From: Podarcis muralis
Taxonomy: Eukaryota
DNA: 64,000 nt
Direction: 5' to 3'
Assembly: GCF_964188315.1 (NCBI RefSeq)
Contig: NC_135659.1
Span: 51,832,001 to 51,896,000 of the forward strand
In this document: piece after piece, positions 30,001 to 41,500 of the stretch
Layout of the letters: each line of letters begins with the position of its first letter
Numbering within the stretch: position 1 is the stretch's first letter
The notes under the pieces: model-generated
The model's database searches: none
Seen by the model: only the letters and a program-made list of their open reading frames with translations
Told to the model about the DNA's origin: nothing
Position numbers and translations under genes: made by a program

Positions 30001-32535
30001 TTGGGAGTCAGGGGACAGAACTAAAAAGGATTTCCTTTCCTCCTCACAAAGCACTGGGGTTGAAGACTCCAGGTGAAGTCATTCCCTCTGATTACAAGCT
30101 TGACCGGTCAGTCACAGCAGAATCCTGCCCCCCCCCTTACCCTGGCATTTGTTCTACTTCAGCCATTCCACACCCCTTGTGTTTTCCTTATACACTAAAG
30201 TTAGCTACATTAGTTTTGCTTTCAGCAGACAATTGTCAGAGTTTTCACAGTGCCATGAGGCACTTTGGGAAATCCCCACTTTGTCTCTGGATCCCTGAAG
30301 AGGTTCCACTTTGTCTCGGACAATCCCAGAATCCGTGCAAAGCACCCTGCTTTGGCTTGGGATTCATCTAAAGCTGTTGTGTATCCCCACTTTTAAGTAA
30401 AAAACCCCCTGAAAATTATGAAGAAATGTGACATGGTAGTCTTAAGAATGGGGGAGGTTCCTGTACTGCAATCTAGATAAGAAACACATTTCACAGCTTG
30501 CAGGTCCCCACAAGGTCCAAGCCACACAGAATGAGAGCACACACTGCAAAAGGGATATTTCTCCCCATATGGTCTCCAACAAGGCAGTTTCAATTATGCT
30601 ACATTGGCAAGGTAAGTTATGTGTGCAATAAAGTCATATATTCCTCCTTCCATTTTGCCTCTGACACTCTGAACAATTTCAAGGGGCCACTGGCATTTCA
30701 AAAAAGATCAAAGTGCACAAACTCACCGGAAGCCAAACTTATCCATGGCAACAGCAAAGTGCCGGGGTTGGTCATAACAGCGATAAAGATTCCGGTCATC
30801 CATGGGCACCAGGTCAACGTCGCTGAAGATGAAGCAGTCATAGCTCTCATCATCTCGAAGGGCTTCTAGGAAGCCCACATTCAACAGCTTAGCTCGGTTA
30901 AAGGTGTCTTCACCAAACTGTATGGAAAGATCATGAAGGACAGGATCACATCAACTGCCACGACCCTCTTACTCTTACCTGATGCAGCTGGCCAAACTCT
31001 CTCTTGTTACATTTCATTGTGAATAACATTCTATTTTTTCCTATTTTTTTCTAGAACTGTTTTATCTCCCTTTATAGATCTTGCAAAGTCCCACCAACTG
31101 TATTTCAGGTTTATTGTCATGTCAAGAGAGCAGGCCTGATTTTTTAAAATGAGAAGCAAGTGAGAAGCATTTGCATCACATTCCACACTTACCATAGGTG
31201 CAAAGTTCATGGTGCATTGTAAGGCCCACACTCTGCTTCCCCCACAAAGCAGGAAGCCTTTGCTTCTAATCAGAACAGAGAGGCATATATTCATGAAAAC
31301 TAACATACCGCTTTCCCTAATCAGGTTCCTCTCAATTGAACCGGATGGCACTATGTTCTATACCCAACCATCTTGCTCTCTTCCGTATCTGTGGTGCCAT
31401 TAGGACAGAACTTTGGGTCAGATATCCAGGCCCTACTCCTTCTGCTTTGGAGCACCGCAGGGCTGGAACACCATATTTTGAAGTAATGCAGATTACCATC
31501 TGAAGGGGATGCCCATGAGACCATTCAGTCCAGAATGCTCAATGACCCAAGTGCACCACTGCCCCCACATTATCATTCTCTACGCACCTGGTTAATTATA
31601 TAGATGCCGTAAGACACCTTCTGGCGCCGTAGAATCGGGTGCAGGTAGTGCAGCCAGTACTTGAGGTGGTGCTCCCGGTGCCGGAACGGAATGAGGATGG
31701 CCACCTTCTGGCGAGGCACACAGTCTGGGGGAGAATACTTGCCGCCCTCCCGCACATCTGGGTTTTCCCGTTGCACCCGCTCCATGCTCATGGGAGTGCT
31801 GAACTCGATAAGGAGCCGGCCCACTGCAGGAGAAAGGACTCCATTATCTATGCATCAGCCACAGCCTCTTGACTTACACAACAGCTCATGTCCCTTTCAC
31901 TAGCCAAGTTGCCAGGGCACTGCCCAGAAAAAAATCAGCAAAGAAACCTAAAAACCGAAACATGTATCAAGCATAGAGACAGCAAACAGTCAAAGCAGAG
32001 TTAACTCGAATACCCAGCTAAGTGATTCAGAGTTAACAGGAAAGGTTGTTGCTCGTTGCAGATCATTGTTTAATAAAAGTTTTAGCCCCAGTTAAATATC
32101 AATTCCAAAGCTTGTGCTTCAGCTCTTTATTCACCTGTCAGGAATAAGGGTATTAAGTTCTCTGTGCCTTAAATGTTTTGCTCCCTAGGGTGAGGAGATT
32201 GTCTATTCTGGTCTTCACCAACCAGGTGCTCTCCAGATGTTTTTGCGCTACAAGTTTCATCAGCCGCAGCCATGTTGTAGTCCAACACATCTGGAGGGCA
32301 TCAGGTGAGTGAAAGCTGGTCTACTTCATGCATTCATTAGAAGAGATCAGCATATCAGATGTATCAGATGTAAAAGTGATAAATAACTACCTGACATTCA
32401 GAAGACATCTTAAGGCAGCCCTGTTCAGGGAAGTTTTTAATCTGTGATATTTTAGTGTATTTTTGGTTTCTATGGAAGCCGCCCAGAGTGGCTGGGGAAA
32501 CCCAGCCAGATGGGCGGGGTACAAATAATAAATTA

Positions 32536-32581
<46 letters not shown>

Positions 32582-33405
32582 GGAGCTAACCCTTGTAGCC
32601 CCTACTAAGCCATGTCTGTGCAGAACCTGAGCCCTTTCCCCAATTACTTGTAGCCCACTTGCAGAAAGGCACCAGCTAGATACAGTGGGGCTGGGAAAGA
32701 GACAAGGAGTTGCCATGGCAAAAAAGGAAATAAAATGTCCACTATCTGATCACTGTAAATATACTAAGAACACTATTCATTTTGCCAGCTTTCAACAAAT
32801 ACTGTCCACATATTCCTAACTGCTTTTCCACTGCAGGATTGCCTCCAATGTTAGAGGCTATTGGAGCCTATGATTTGCAATACCATGCCTGTTCTGCAGA
32901 TTCCTAGATCTTCTAGTTCCTATTATCAGGAGCCAAAGCCACTTGACATATTTGCATTAACAGGCAGCAGAGACAGGGAAACAGCAGGTGGCAAGCAGGG
33001 CACAAATAAACCCAATAAGTGCAATACAGTTTCACCACTAAAGGGCCTTCTGTAGGACACGGCATGAGGCAGACAGAGCTCATCTGTAATCTTACCTAGC
33101 CCAGGAGGCATCTCTGGGCAAGGTGGTAAGGGCTTCTCGGTGACAGTGCTGTTGATACTGGCGGACTTCACACTTGGGGCCAGGAGCTCAGGGCCCAGAG
33201 GCCCGGCAGTCCCGTTAGGCCGAGAGACGTTGACGTAGGGCAGAGTGCGGGAGGAGTTGCGCATATTGAAGCGGCTGAAAAAGTCCAGGCGCTGGGCGTA
33301 GACATCAAAGTAGAGGATCATGATGATGAGGAAGTGCAGTAAACATAAGAGCAGCACAGCTTTGCAGATCCTCTCCAGGGTCACTCCCACCAGCAATCTG
33401 CTCAT
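27063..33405 (-). CDS. B4GALT2: Beta-1,4-galactosyltransferase 2 (371 aa predicted)
   Basis: Exons 33405-33096, 31823-31588, 30917-30727, 29015-28893, 28483-28379, 27213-27063 (1116 nt). N-terminus MSRLLVGVTLERICKAVLLLCLLHF, plus IPFRHREHHLKYWLHYLHPIL, FNRAKLLNVG, FSDVD (DxD), YWGWGGEDDDIFNR and C-terminal PPRG*. Confidence 0.97.
27316..27451. mobile_element. Palindromic hAT-type MITE (intact)
   Basis: TIRs CAGGCTTCCTCAAACT/AGTTTGAGGAAGCCTG; perfect 8-bp TSD GAATAGAG. Confidence 0.9.
32381..32580 (+). mobile_element. LINE (L2-like) 3' end with (ATT)15 tail
   Basis: Matches the copy at 19540-19716; ends in an ATT microsatellite at 32536-32580. Confidence 0.65.
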
Positions 33406-34554
33406 CTTCTGGGCACAGGCCAGCCAGCATCAGGGGGGCACAGTGTAGGGGGCTCCTGCCCAGGCACCAAACCTGTTTGGGGAAGATGGAGGGGTCAGCA
33501 AATACACCTTCCCTACCAGCAGCACCCACCAATCACTCTCATAAGAGCAGAGTGTGTTAAAGGCAAGCAAGCCCTTCTGTCTTCCCCACGAATTTTGGGC
33601 ATGTTTCATGGGGAAAGGGTGGCCATCCTATCACTACCATCACCCACAACCTGCAGAATGACTATGCATGCTTACACTATGGCATTGATTCCAGACTAAG
33701 TAGATGAGCTTTTTCAATCTAATAACTCTCCTGACATTCTATCTCCCCCTATAAAGAAATGTTGGCAAATGGGCAAGAAGCAACCCAGCCAAAGAAACAA
33801 AAACAAAAGAGATGAAGGGCTGGCACTCAACAAGGGGCTATTAAGAAGGAAGGAGAGGGCTTCCACTTGCCAGCACTGATATCCTCCTACCCTTAACATC
33901 AGAAATGAAAGAAGGGCAGGTGTCCCTTGAGCTTTGGGGAGGGCAGACACAGGAATCAAGAGGGGAATGATCCAAGTTAGGCACTGCATCCCTTTCTAGG
34001 GATCAGGGCCTGTCTTATCTCTCCAATAGCAACTCAGATACCAGCTCTGGAACTAGACCTTTACCACACCAGACCAGCACCCCACCCATGCCCTCTTTTC
34101 TGTATTCAATTATCCTTTGCTTCCTCAAAGATCTACAGCCTGCACACACAGACATGACAGATAACACAGATCAATCACCCATCATCACACCTCTTATCAG
34201 AAAAAGGCACCAGTTCCACAGCATTTGGAAGGGAACAATTCTCAACAGGAGCTTTATTTAAGAGGGGCTGTTACATTTTCACTTTGAAATCCTGCTGTCC
34301 CATGCTGGAGTCCCTTTTGTGTGTGTGGAGGGGATAAAAAAAGGCAAGCTGGATCTAAGGCACAATTGCACACATGTGGAGAGTATCTGATCTTATCCTT
34401 ATCAGCAGGATCCCCCCTCATCTATGACAACGAATTTGTAGGATAATAGCAGAAAGCAGGCAGAAAGAACAGAACACAGAGCAGGGATGTACTCCTAGCC
34501 CCACTTATTTGGGAGTAAGCCCCACTGTGTTTAATGGGACTTACTTCTGAATAG

Positions 34555-34913
34555 AGGGATGCGGGTGGCGCTGTGGTCTAAACCACTGAGCCTAGGGCTT
34601 GCTGATCGGAAGGTCGGCCGTTCAAATCCCCACAACGGGGTAAGCTCCCGTTGTTCGGTCCCAGCTCCTGCCCACCTAGCAGTTCGAAAGCACATCAAAG
34701 TGCAAGCAGATAAATAGGTACTGCTCCGACAGGAAGGTAAATGACTTTCCTTACGCTGCTTTGGTTTTGCCAGAAGTGGCTTAGTCATGCTGGCCACATG
34801 ACCTGGAAGCTGTCTGCAGACAAACGCCGGCTCCCTCGGCCTATAGAGTGAGATGAGGGCTGCAACCCCAGAGTCGTTCGCAACTGGACCTAGTGTCAGA
34901 GGTACCTTTACCT
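34555..34913 (+). mobile_element. Sauria SINE, full length
   Basis: Aligns end to end with the copy at 18343; 14-bp TSD TTACTTCTGAATAG at 34541-34554 and 34914-34927. Confidence 0.9.
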
Positions 34914-36347
34914 TTACTTCTGAATAGGAATGGTTAGGATGGCACTCTTAGGATTCCCAATGAGACTAAAGTCTAACTAGAGAAGTAACCTTAGGATTCC
35001 CAAGGAGTCTGAAGTCTAATTAGAGAAGTAAATTTTCTGGAAATATTGAAGCCATGATTAAAAAACCCAGGGTTTTTTCCACCACTACCTCAAAATAGAC
35101 ATTTCTGGGGACCCTGAAACATTTGCAATACTTTTGAAATGCACTATGCAGATTGAGGGGTGTTAGGGGAGGAGGAGTACCTCTGGCAGCGGACTCGTAA
35201 TGCTCTTTCTGGGAAAGTTTGTCCATGTTTGGTTCCCACCCTGCACTCAGCTCTCACCTGTGGCTCCTATAGGTTGTCAGAATGTGACAGTGGCACACGC
35301 CAGGAAATGGCTTCAACTGGCTGGCTAAACCAGGTAAGGGTGGCCAATGGATCTCAAATCCTCAGTAAGTTAAGGACTTCCCCTGCATGCAAAGACAGGC
35401 TCCAACATGTTCAGCAGAAGAGACCAATAGTGGGCCAAATGGTCAAGAAGGCTGTAAGGAACCTAGCATCTCTTTGGTTCTGCCAGTTTATGAGGAGCAG
35501 GCAAAACACTATACAGAGAGAATAAATCATCAACATTATAGCAAAACAAAAAAATTTAATTGTCTCCTCCAAACCTCCAAAGTGTCAAGCAGACATAAAG
35601 CACTCAATTCCATAAAAAGAACTGAGAGGGGAAAAGAGGGTGACCAAGACTCAATGAATACTACATGGAATTTAATCAGTCTCATTTTCAGAGCTATTGC
35701 CATCAGTTTCTGCTTCTTAATATCTGTCATCATATTTATCAGAGACTTCTAAAACCTCTACTTTCTCCACTCACACCCACAGTCCTTTGAGGCCCAGGCA
35801 AGAAGACGGAAACAAACCCAACAACTATGCCAACAAGAGGAAGCCCACAAGTAACTGAATCTTTCTCATGTCAATTGCAGTGCCTCACAGAGGTAGCAAT
35901 GCAACTTGCTTTTGCATTTGAGAATTGTGCTTTCAGTGTGCAGCTCGTGGCCTGCTTATTCTAAGTGTACAGGAATAATGTTGTAAGGATCTTGTAAGGA
36001 TCTTCCTATTACGTAGTTTTTAGAAATCATTTTGGGGAGTAAAACTCTACCATTCCAAAAGAAAATGTTTCATAAGTCTATTTTTTTCACTTTTGGGGGC
36101 AGGGGAAGGCTTTTTGGTGTGGAATTGGGTATCCCCCCAAATATTTTTGTTTCCCCGCCCAGACCTTCATAATCCCTGTCAGGGAAAAGTGCAGGGTATA
36201 AATATATAATCATCATCATCTCAAGTTACTGTACGTGAAATATCAGCTTAAAAATAAAAATAAACCTGCTCCTTTTATTCATTCTAACTGTTTAAAATGT
36301 TAGGAAGTACTGAACATGGGACTGTGTGTAAGTAGGTTTTGTTAGAA

Positions 36348-36482
36348 CAGGAGTGGAGAACTTTTGGCCCTCCTGCTGTTGCTGAAATACAACACCCATC
36401 ATCCCTGTCCACTGTCCATTTCTGCGCTGGGGCTGATGGGTAGTTCAGAAACATCTGGAGGGCCAGGGGTTCTGCATCCCTG
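36348..36482. mobile_element. Palindromic hAT-type MITE
   Basis: CAGG...CCTG ends; perfect 8-bp TSD TGTTAGAA. Confidence 0.8.
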
Positions 36483-36881
36483 TGTTAGAAGAAGAATAAA
36501 GTCTCTATAACAGTAGATTTATTTATTTGGAGTCTTACCTTATGCCAAAGTCAAACATTTCACTACACTCACTGCAATTGATGGAAGGAAATAGGAGTTT
36601 TCAAGTAACTACTTCAGGCACCACGACAAAGCATCTGGCTCTCAGCTTAATACAGAGGAAAGTTATAATAAGCTGTTTCATTCAGGCAAATGCTGGGCTA
36701 ATCACAAAGCATTTAGCACGTCAGACAGCTGCATATTCAGTACATTCACCCACATACCTTAATCCCATAAAATCTCTTTCATCCTTTGTGACTGAAACAG
36801 CAGACTTTCTGCCTTACTACTGCACTATGACCCTCACAAAAAGGGAAGAAGCCAATAGCTCTCTCCTTAGATGGGGAGGCA

Positions 36882-37031
36882 GAATCATAGAATTGTAGAG
36901 TTGGAAGGGACCACGAGGATCATCTATTCTAGTCCAACCACCTGCAATGCAGGAATCTTTCACCCAACATGGGGCTCAAACACCTGACCTGACCCTGAGA
37001 TTATGAGTCTCATGCTCTTCCAATTGAGCTG
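36882..37031 (-). mobile_element. tRNA(Lys)-derived SINE with CR1-like tail
   Basis: Minus strand reads agctcaattggaagagcatgagactcataatctcaggg..(tRNA-like)..ttggactag..gtggtcccttccaactctacaattctatgattct (CR1 3' end). Confidence 0.7.
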
Positions 37032-40000
37032 TCAGAATAAATTTTGTTGGTGGGTGTGGGAGTAGTCACTCTTTCCAAAATATGTATGCACAAGAAAACA
37101 CTCCTGTATTCATTTTACAACAATCAGTTGATCATCACTACTTCCCTTCTGCCTCCAAATTCACAACGACTGTGGGCAGTGTCCAACGCTCCTGTTCCAC
37201 TGGTACAAAAGACCTTGTGCTAATGGAATGGAACTTCCTCTCCCATTCAGCTCCACATGCACTCTCAAAATCAGCTCTGGAGGATTGGGGAACCCTCTGG
37301 AGAAGATTTTGGGGGAACATCAAGGGTAGGAGAAGAAACAGAAGTGCCACTGTGCCAGCAGGACTCTGTTGATACTGCTTTTGATGCAACCCTAATGGAT
37401 AGGAATCTTCACTTCATCCAGGTCACACAACCAACAGAATAAATTGTAACACTCTTCCTAAAGATCTATCATCTGACCTGAAGGTTTGGAGCGAGGTTGA
37501 ACGCTTTCCCATGGGGGAAAATGCACGCACAAAGTAATGTAAATGTCAGGGAAAGCATGGATTTCTCCCAAACATCCACATTTCTATGTGCAGGGAGTTT
37601 TTATATCAGCTGTGAGCTAGGGGTTGAAAAGAGTTGAACTAAAATGACAGCATTCACCCTGGCACACAAACCACAGCTTTTCACAACTTCTGAAATACAT
37701 GCTGGGACATTATATGGGGATAGAACAGAAGTCTTGAGTCCTGGATCTTTTGCACTAGGTCCTAGATCTCTTGCCCCCTCTTTTTCTTTTTCTTTTTCTT
37801 TTCTTTTTTTGCAAAACCATTTTGCTTGCAGGGTGGCTTTCCCTTTGAAAGGGAGCCTAAATTTACACCTACACATGAACGGAAATTAACATATCCAAAT
37901 ATATATCATGGGCATGTGCCCTGAGTATTTTAAGGTCCTAGTAATGCCCCTAGGTATGTTTATTGTGAATGCAGCAGAGTGGGAATAGGATTTATAAGGC
38001 ACTCTCATTTAATTTTAACCTTACATGTCCCAATCATCCTACTTACTTGCTCCAGAACACAGTGAGGAAAGTTCAATGAGAGGAACAATATAAACATCTG
38101 AGCTGAAGCAACAATTCCCATTCCAGAGATTCACACATCTCACCTGCCACTACGGCACACCCAACAAAGCATACACTAAGAAGAGCTCAAGAGCAGAAGA
38201 CAACATATCCAGGGGCATTCGGATGGTTCAGGGAATGAATGAAGCCCCGTACAAATTTGCAGCTTCCTTGCCAAACCAACTGACACCAGCACCACTGCTG
38301 TATATGGGTCATGCTCCAAGCAGAAGCGGGCTGCAGAGCACATCACACTGGTCTCGGGGCGATGTAGCTTCCTAACAGTTCGCAATGGGCTGGGTGCACT
38401 TGCTCTACTCAACCACATTGCAGAGCTGGAATCTCAAAAGTAGCCATTTCTCAGAACGTGTGCCAGGACGGCATCCCAGTGCCTTGCTGAGTCTGCTGGA
38501 GGATAACCTCAACAGAGTTTGCTCTATTCGTGGTGAAGATAACAAGGCCTTGCTTAAAAGGAAGGGTGTAGGGAACCTCAGAGGCAGTTCTAAGCTAGCG
38601 CAACCAGTTTGGCTGCACTAAGCACTGGCACCACAGGGGGTGCCACAACAGTGATGTAGAACGGGGCACGAGAGGTGGGGGGCACCAAAGTTTAGCATCA
38701 CACAGGGTGTCACTGAAATTTGGGGATCCAAAGTCTGCCACTGGGAACCTGAAGATTAAGAAAACCAGTCCAGACACATCCTTGTTCACAGTACGATGGC
38801 TCCTCTCAATGAACAAAATATCTCAAAACAGAATATGTGGATACACATTGGCATCCTAGAACCACCATGTTTTACCTGTCAACCAGACGTCTCTTGTCCT
38901 AAAGCAGCCCTTGTCAACATAGCACCCTCCAAAGCTTTGAACTATAACTCCCAAACAGCCCTAGATGGCACATGCTAGCTGGGCCTGGTGGAAGTTGTAG
39001 TCCATAAGGTAATTCCTTCAAAATTATTGTTTTGCTGCACTATGGCTAGTGGAGTGGGTGCCAAAGGAATATAATTATCTCCTCCCAGGAGCTTTGCTGG
39101 TCCCCAAGTTCATCCTCAGATACTTCCTTTGCCAACCTACACCCACTGCATTCAAAAAAACCCTTGGCCTCCTCTCACACAAGAGGATGAGAAACAGAGG
39201 CAGAAGTCAGAAACTGCTTAAGTGGCAACTTGGCCCATGTGTCAGAGACAGCTCATCTCAGGGGCAAGAAAGACTATTTGTGAAGCTAGTACACATTACA
39301 GGAGCCCATTAGCCACCATCTTATTCCTAGGATATTATCTACAGCAGCCTCTTAAATGAGATGGCATCCCAGGTCTGCCTGTGTTTTCCCTCACAGGAGT
39401 CTCTCCATTCCTTTCCCCTCGATTAAGTATGTAGCTGGATATCCCATTGTACAAACAGAGTGCAGGCAAGCTGTGCAAAATACAAGTTAGCAAAGCTGGA
39501 GAGATGGGCTTTTGCAATGTTAACAATCCACTAATGGAGCCAGACTGCAGCTGGGCTGCTCCTTGGCTGTGAATAATTTATCTGGAAATTCAGTCTTGTC
39601 TTCTGCCTGATGATCACCAGAGAGCAGACACCAATGTTTATACAATTTGTGGGCATTAAAAAATATCCATGTTTTAACTGGAGTCAGAAAACATAGCCTC
39701 GGGTCAATAATGTTCCTTGCTGACCTGACTTGGCATAAGCATCCCTAACAGTTCTCTGTTTTGGAAAGTTACCTATCTACCTATCTGTGAAAACAGGAAA
39801 GTGAAACATTTGTAAATGGTGCCTGCAGGAAGGCAGAGGCAGCACAGAGCCCCCTGCTTCCCAGGCACACACATTTCTAGGCTATATATAGTGCTAGCCC
39901 CTAGTCCCATATGGGCTCCCAAGGGGCAACAAAACCCGTTGGCTGAAGAGAAGCCCATGGGGAAGCTCTGGGAAAGGTAAGTGGATGCCAGCCAAGGGTT

Positions 40001-40289
40001 GCTGTTGTGTGTGTGTTTATTCCTCTCTTCTTCTTTTTTTGCAAAACTGATCCAAAAGACAGCAACAAGGCCATTCTGTTCCACACAGAGCACACAGCCT
40101 GGTAAACATATACAAGCTCCATTATTTTCCGCCTGGGCTGCCTTGGCTGTGAGGCCCCTCGTTCCTAAAAGCAGCTGCCCCTTCCCTTTTCCTAAGAGAA
40201 AGGCTACATTGTTTCTCCACGGATCCCCCTGCCTGGAACAGGAAATCCCCCGTCTTGTCAGGAACCTCAAACGGGTAGAAGAACCTCAA

Positions 40290-41500
40290 AAGTGATCCGG
40301 CCCAGAGGCGGAGGGGCTGAGAACAAGCTTGTGCAGCAGGTGCCAGAGCGCCCCCCTCCCCAATTCCCAGGCGGCCCAGACACAGCCCCAGCCTTTCTCT
40401 GCTCGAAGAAGCGCCTTGGGGATTGTGCAGGAGCCATCTTGGGGGAGGGGGAGCGAGGCTGGCTGGGGGAGGGGCTCAAGTGCCAGCATCCTAGAGATAC
40501 GCGCAGACAGACAGCCAGAGGCACACCTTTACTCTCGCCCACGTACCTGCTTGTAAACAGACATCCGTGCACAACTGGTATCTAGAGACACGCATCTACG
40601 CTGCACACCCCCGAGAACTGGCGCACGCGAGAGCATCCATCCGCGCCTCTCGACACACCTATGCCCAAGCCCATCGGTCCACACAATGCCCAGTTTGCCC
40701 AGGGGTGGGTGGTCAGACGAAACATGGCTGAGGTGCCGGAGGAAGCGCCCCGCCTGGGGATGCGCCCCTGAACCCCGGAGGTGGGTGCAGGTGATGGAGG
40801 CGCCGAGAGGAGCCGGGTGAGGAAGACCTGCTGGGAACACACCCAGCCCCTTCTCCGACAACAAAAGGAGGCTGCCGGCCGTAAAGGCAGGGTCTCTCTC
40901 TTCGCCCACCCGCCCCTCTGGGCTCCCGCGCCCAAGCAGCGGACTCCCTTCCCGGCTCGGCCCCGCTCGCTCCAGCTCACCGCCTGCTCGTTCCCGGCCG
41001 CGCCGTGCGCTCGTGGTGCCGCTGTCTCTCGGCGCCCGGGCCGGGCGGCTCAGGGGACGGCGCGGCGGCTCCCCCGGCCCCAGCCCGGCCCGGCCTCAGA
41101 GCGGGCGGCTGCCCGGCCAGCTGCAACAGCGGCTCCTGCGCCCCATCCCGGGCAGCACAGCGGAGCCCAGGCAGGACGATGAGCGGCGCCCACACCGGGG
41201 AGCGGATCAGGCCTGCTTGGGCGCGCCGGCAGCTCCGCCTCCTGCGCGCTCAGCGCCGCCCCTGCCAGCTCCGGCCAGCCATTCCCAGCCAGCCCGCTCC
41301 CCGGGCCCCCGCCGTCTCCGCCGCCGCCGCCGCCGCCCTCGTCAGCCCCCTTTAGTGCAACAGGACGGGGGGCTGCTCTCCAAGAAGTCACGTGGGAGAT
41401 TAGGGAACGCGGAGAGCGCGTCTTCGGGATTGGTGGAGATCACAGGTTCCTCGCCGGCTCTCAGTCCCGATCAGAGGAGAAGATCCTAGGGGGTGGGGTG
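40290..41500. promoter_or_regulatory. CpG island, B4GALT2 promoter
   Basis: Dense CpG with (GCC)n runs, upstream of B4GALT2 on the minus strand. Confidence 0.85.
40981..41340 (-). other. B4GALT2: Probable non-coding first exon of B4GALT2 (5' boundary approximate)
   Basis: Minus-strand donor GCG|GTGAGC at 40981/40980 within a very GC-rich CpG island. The first coding exon has an acceptor at 33473/33472. Confidence 0.55.

Noticed and set aside
36882-37031. tRNA-like sequence considered as a tRNA gene
   Set aside because: Degenerate cloverleaf fused to a CR1-like tail, so a SINE rather than a functional tRNA.
40267-41489. Cluster of long ORFs on both strands
   Set aside because: CpG-island artefacts around the B4GALT2 first exon.
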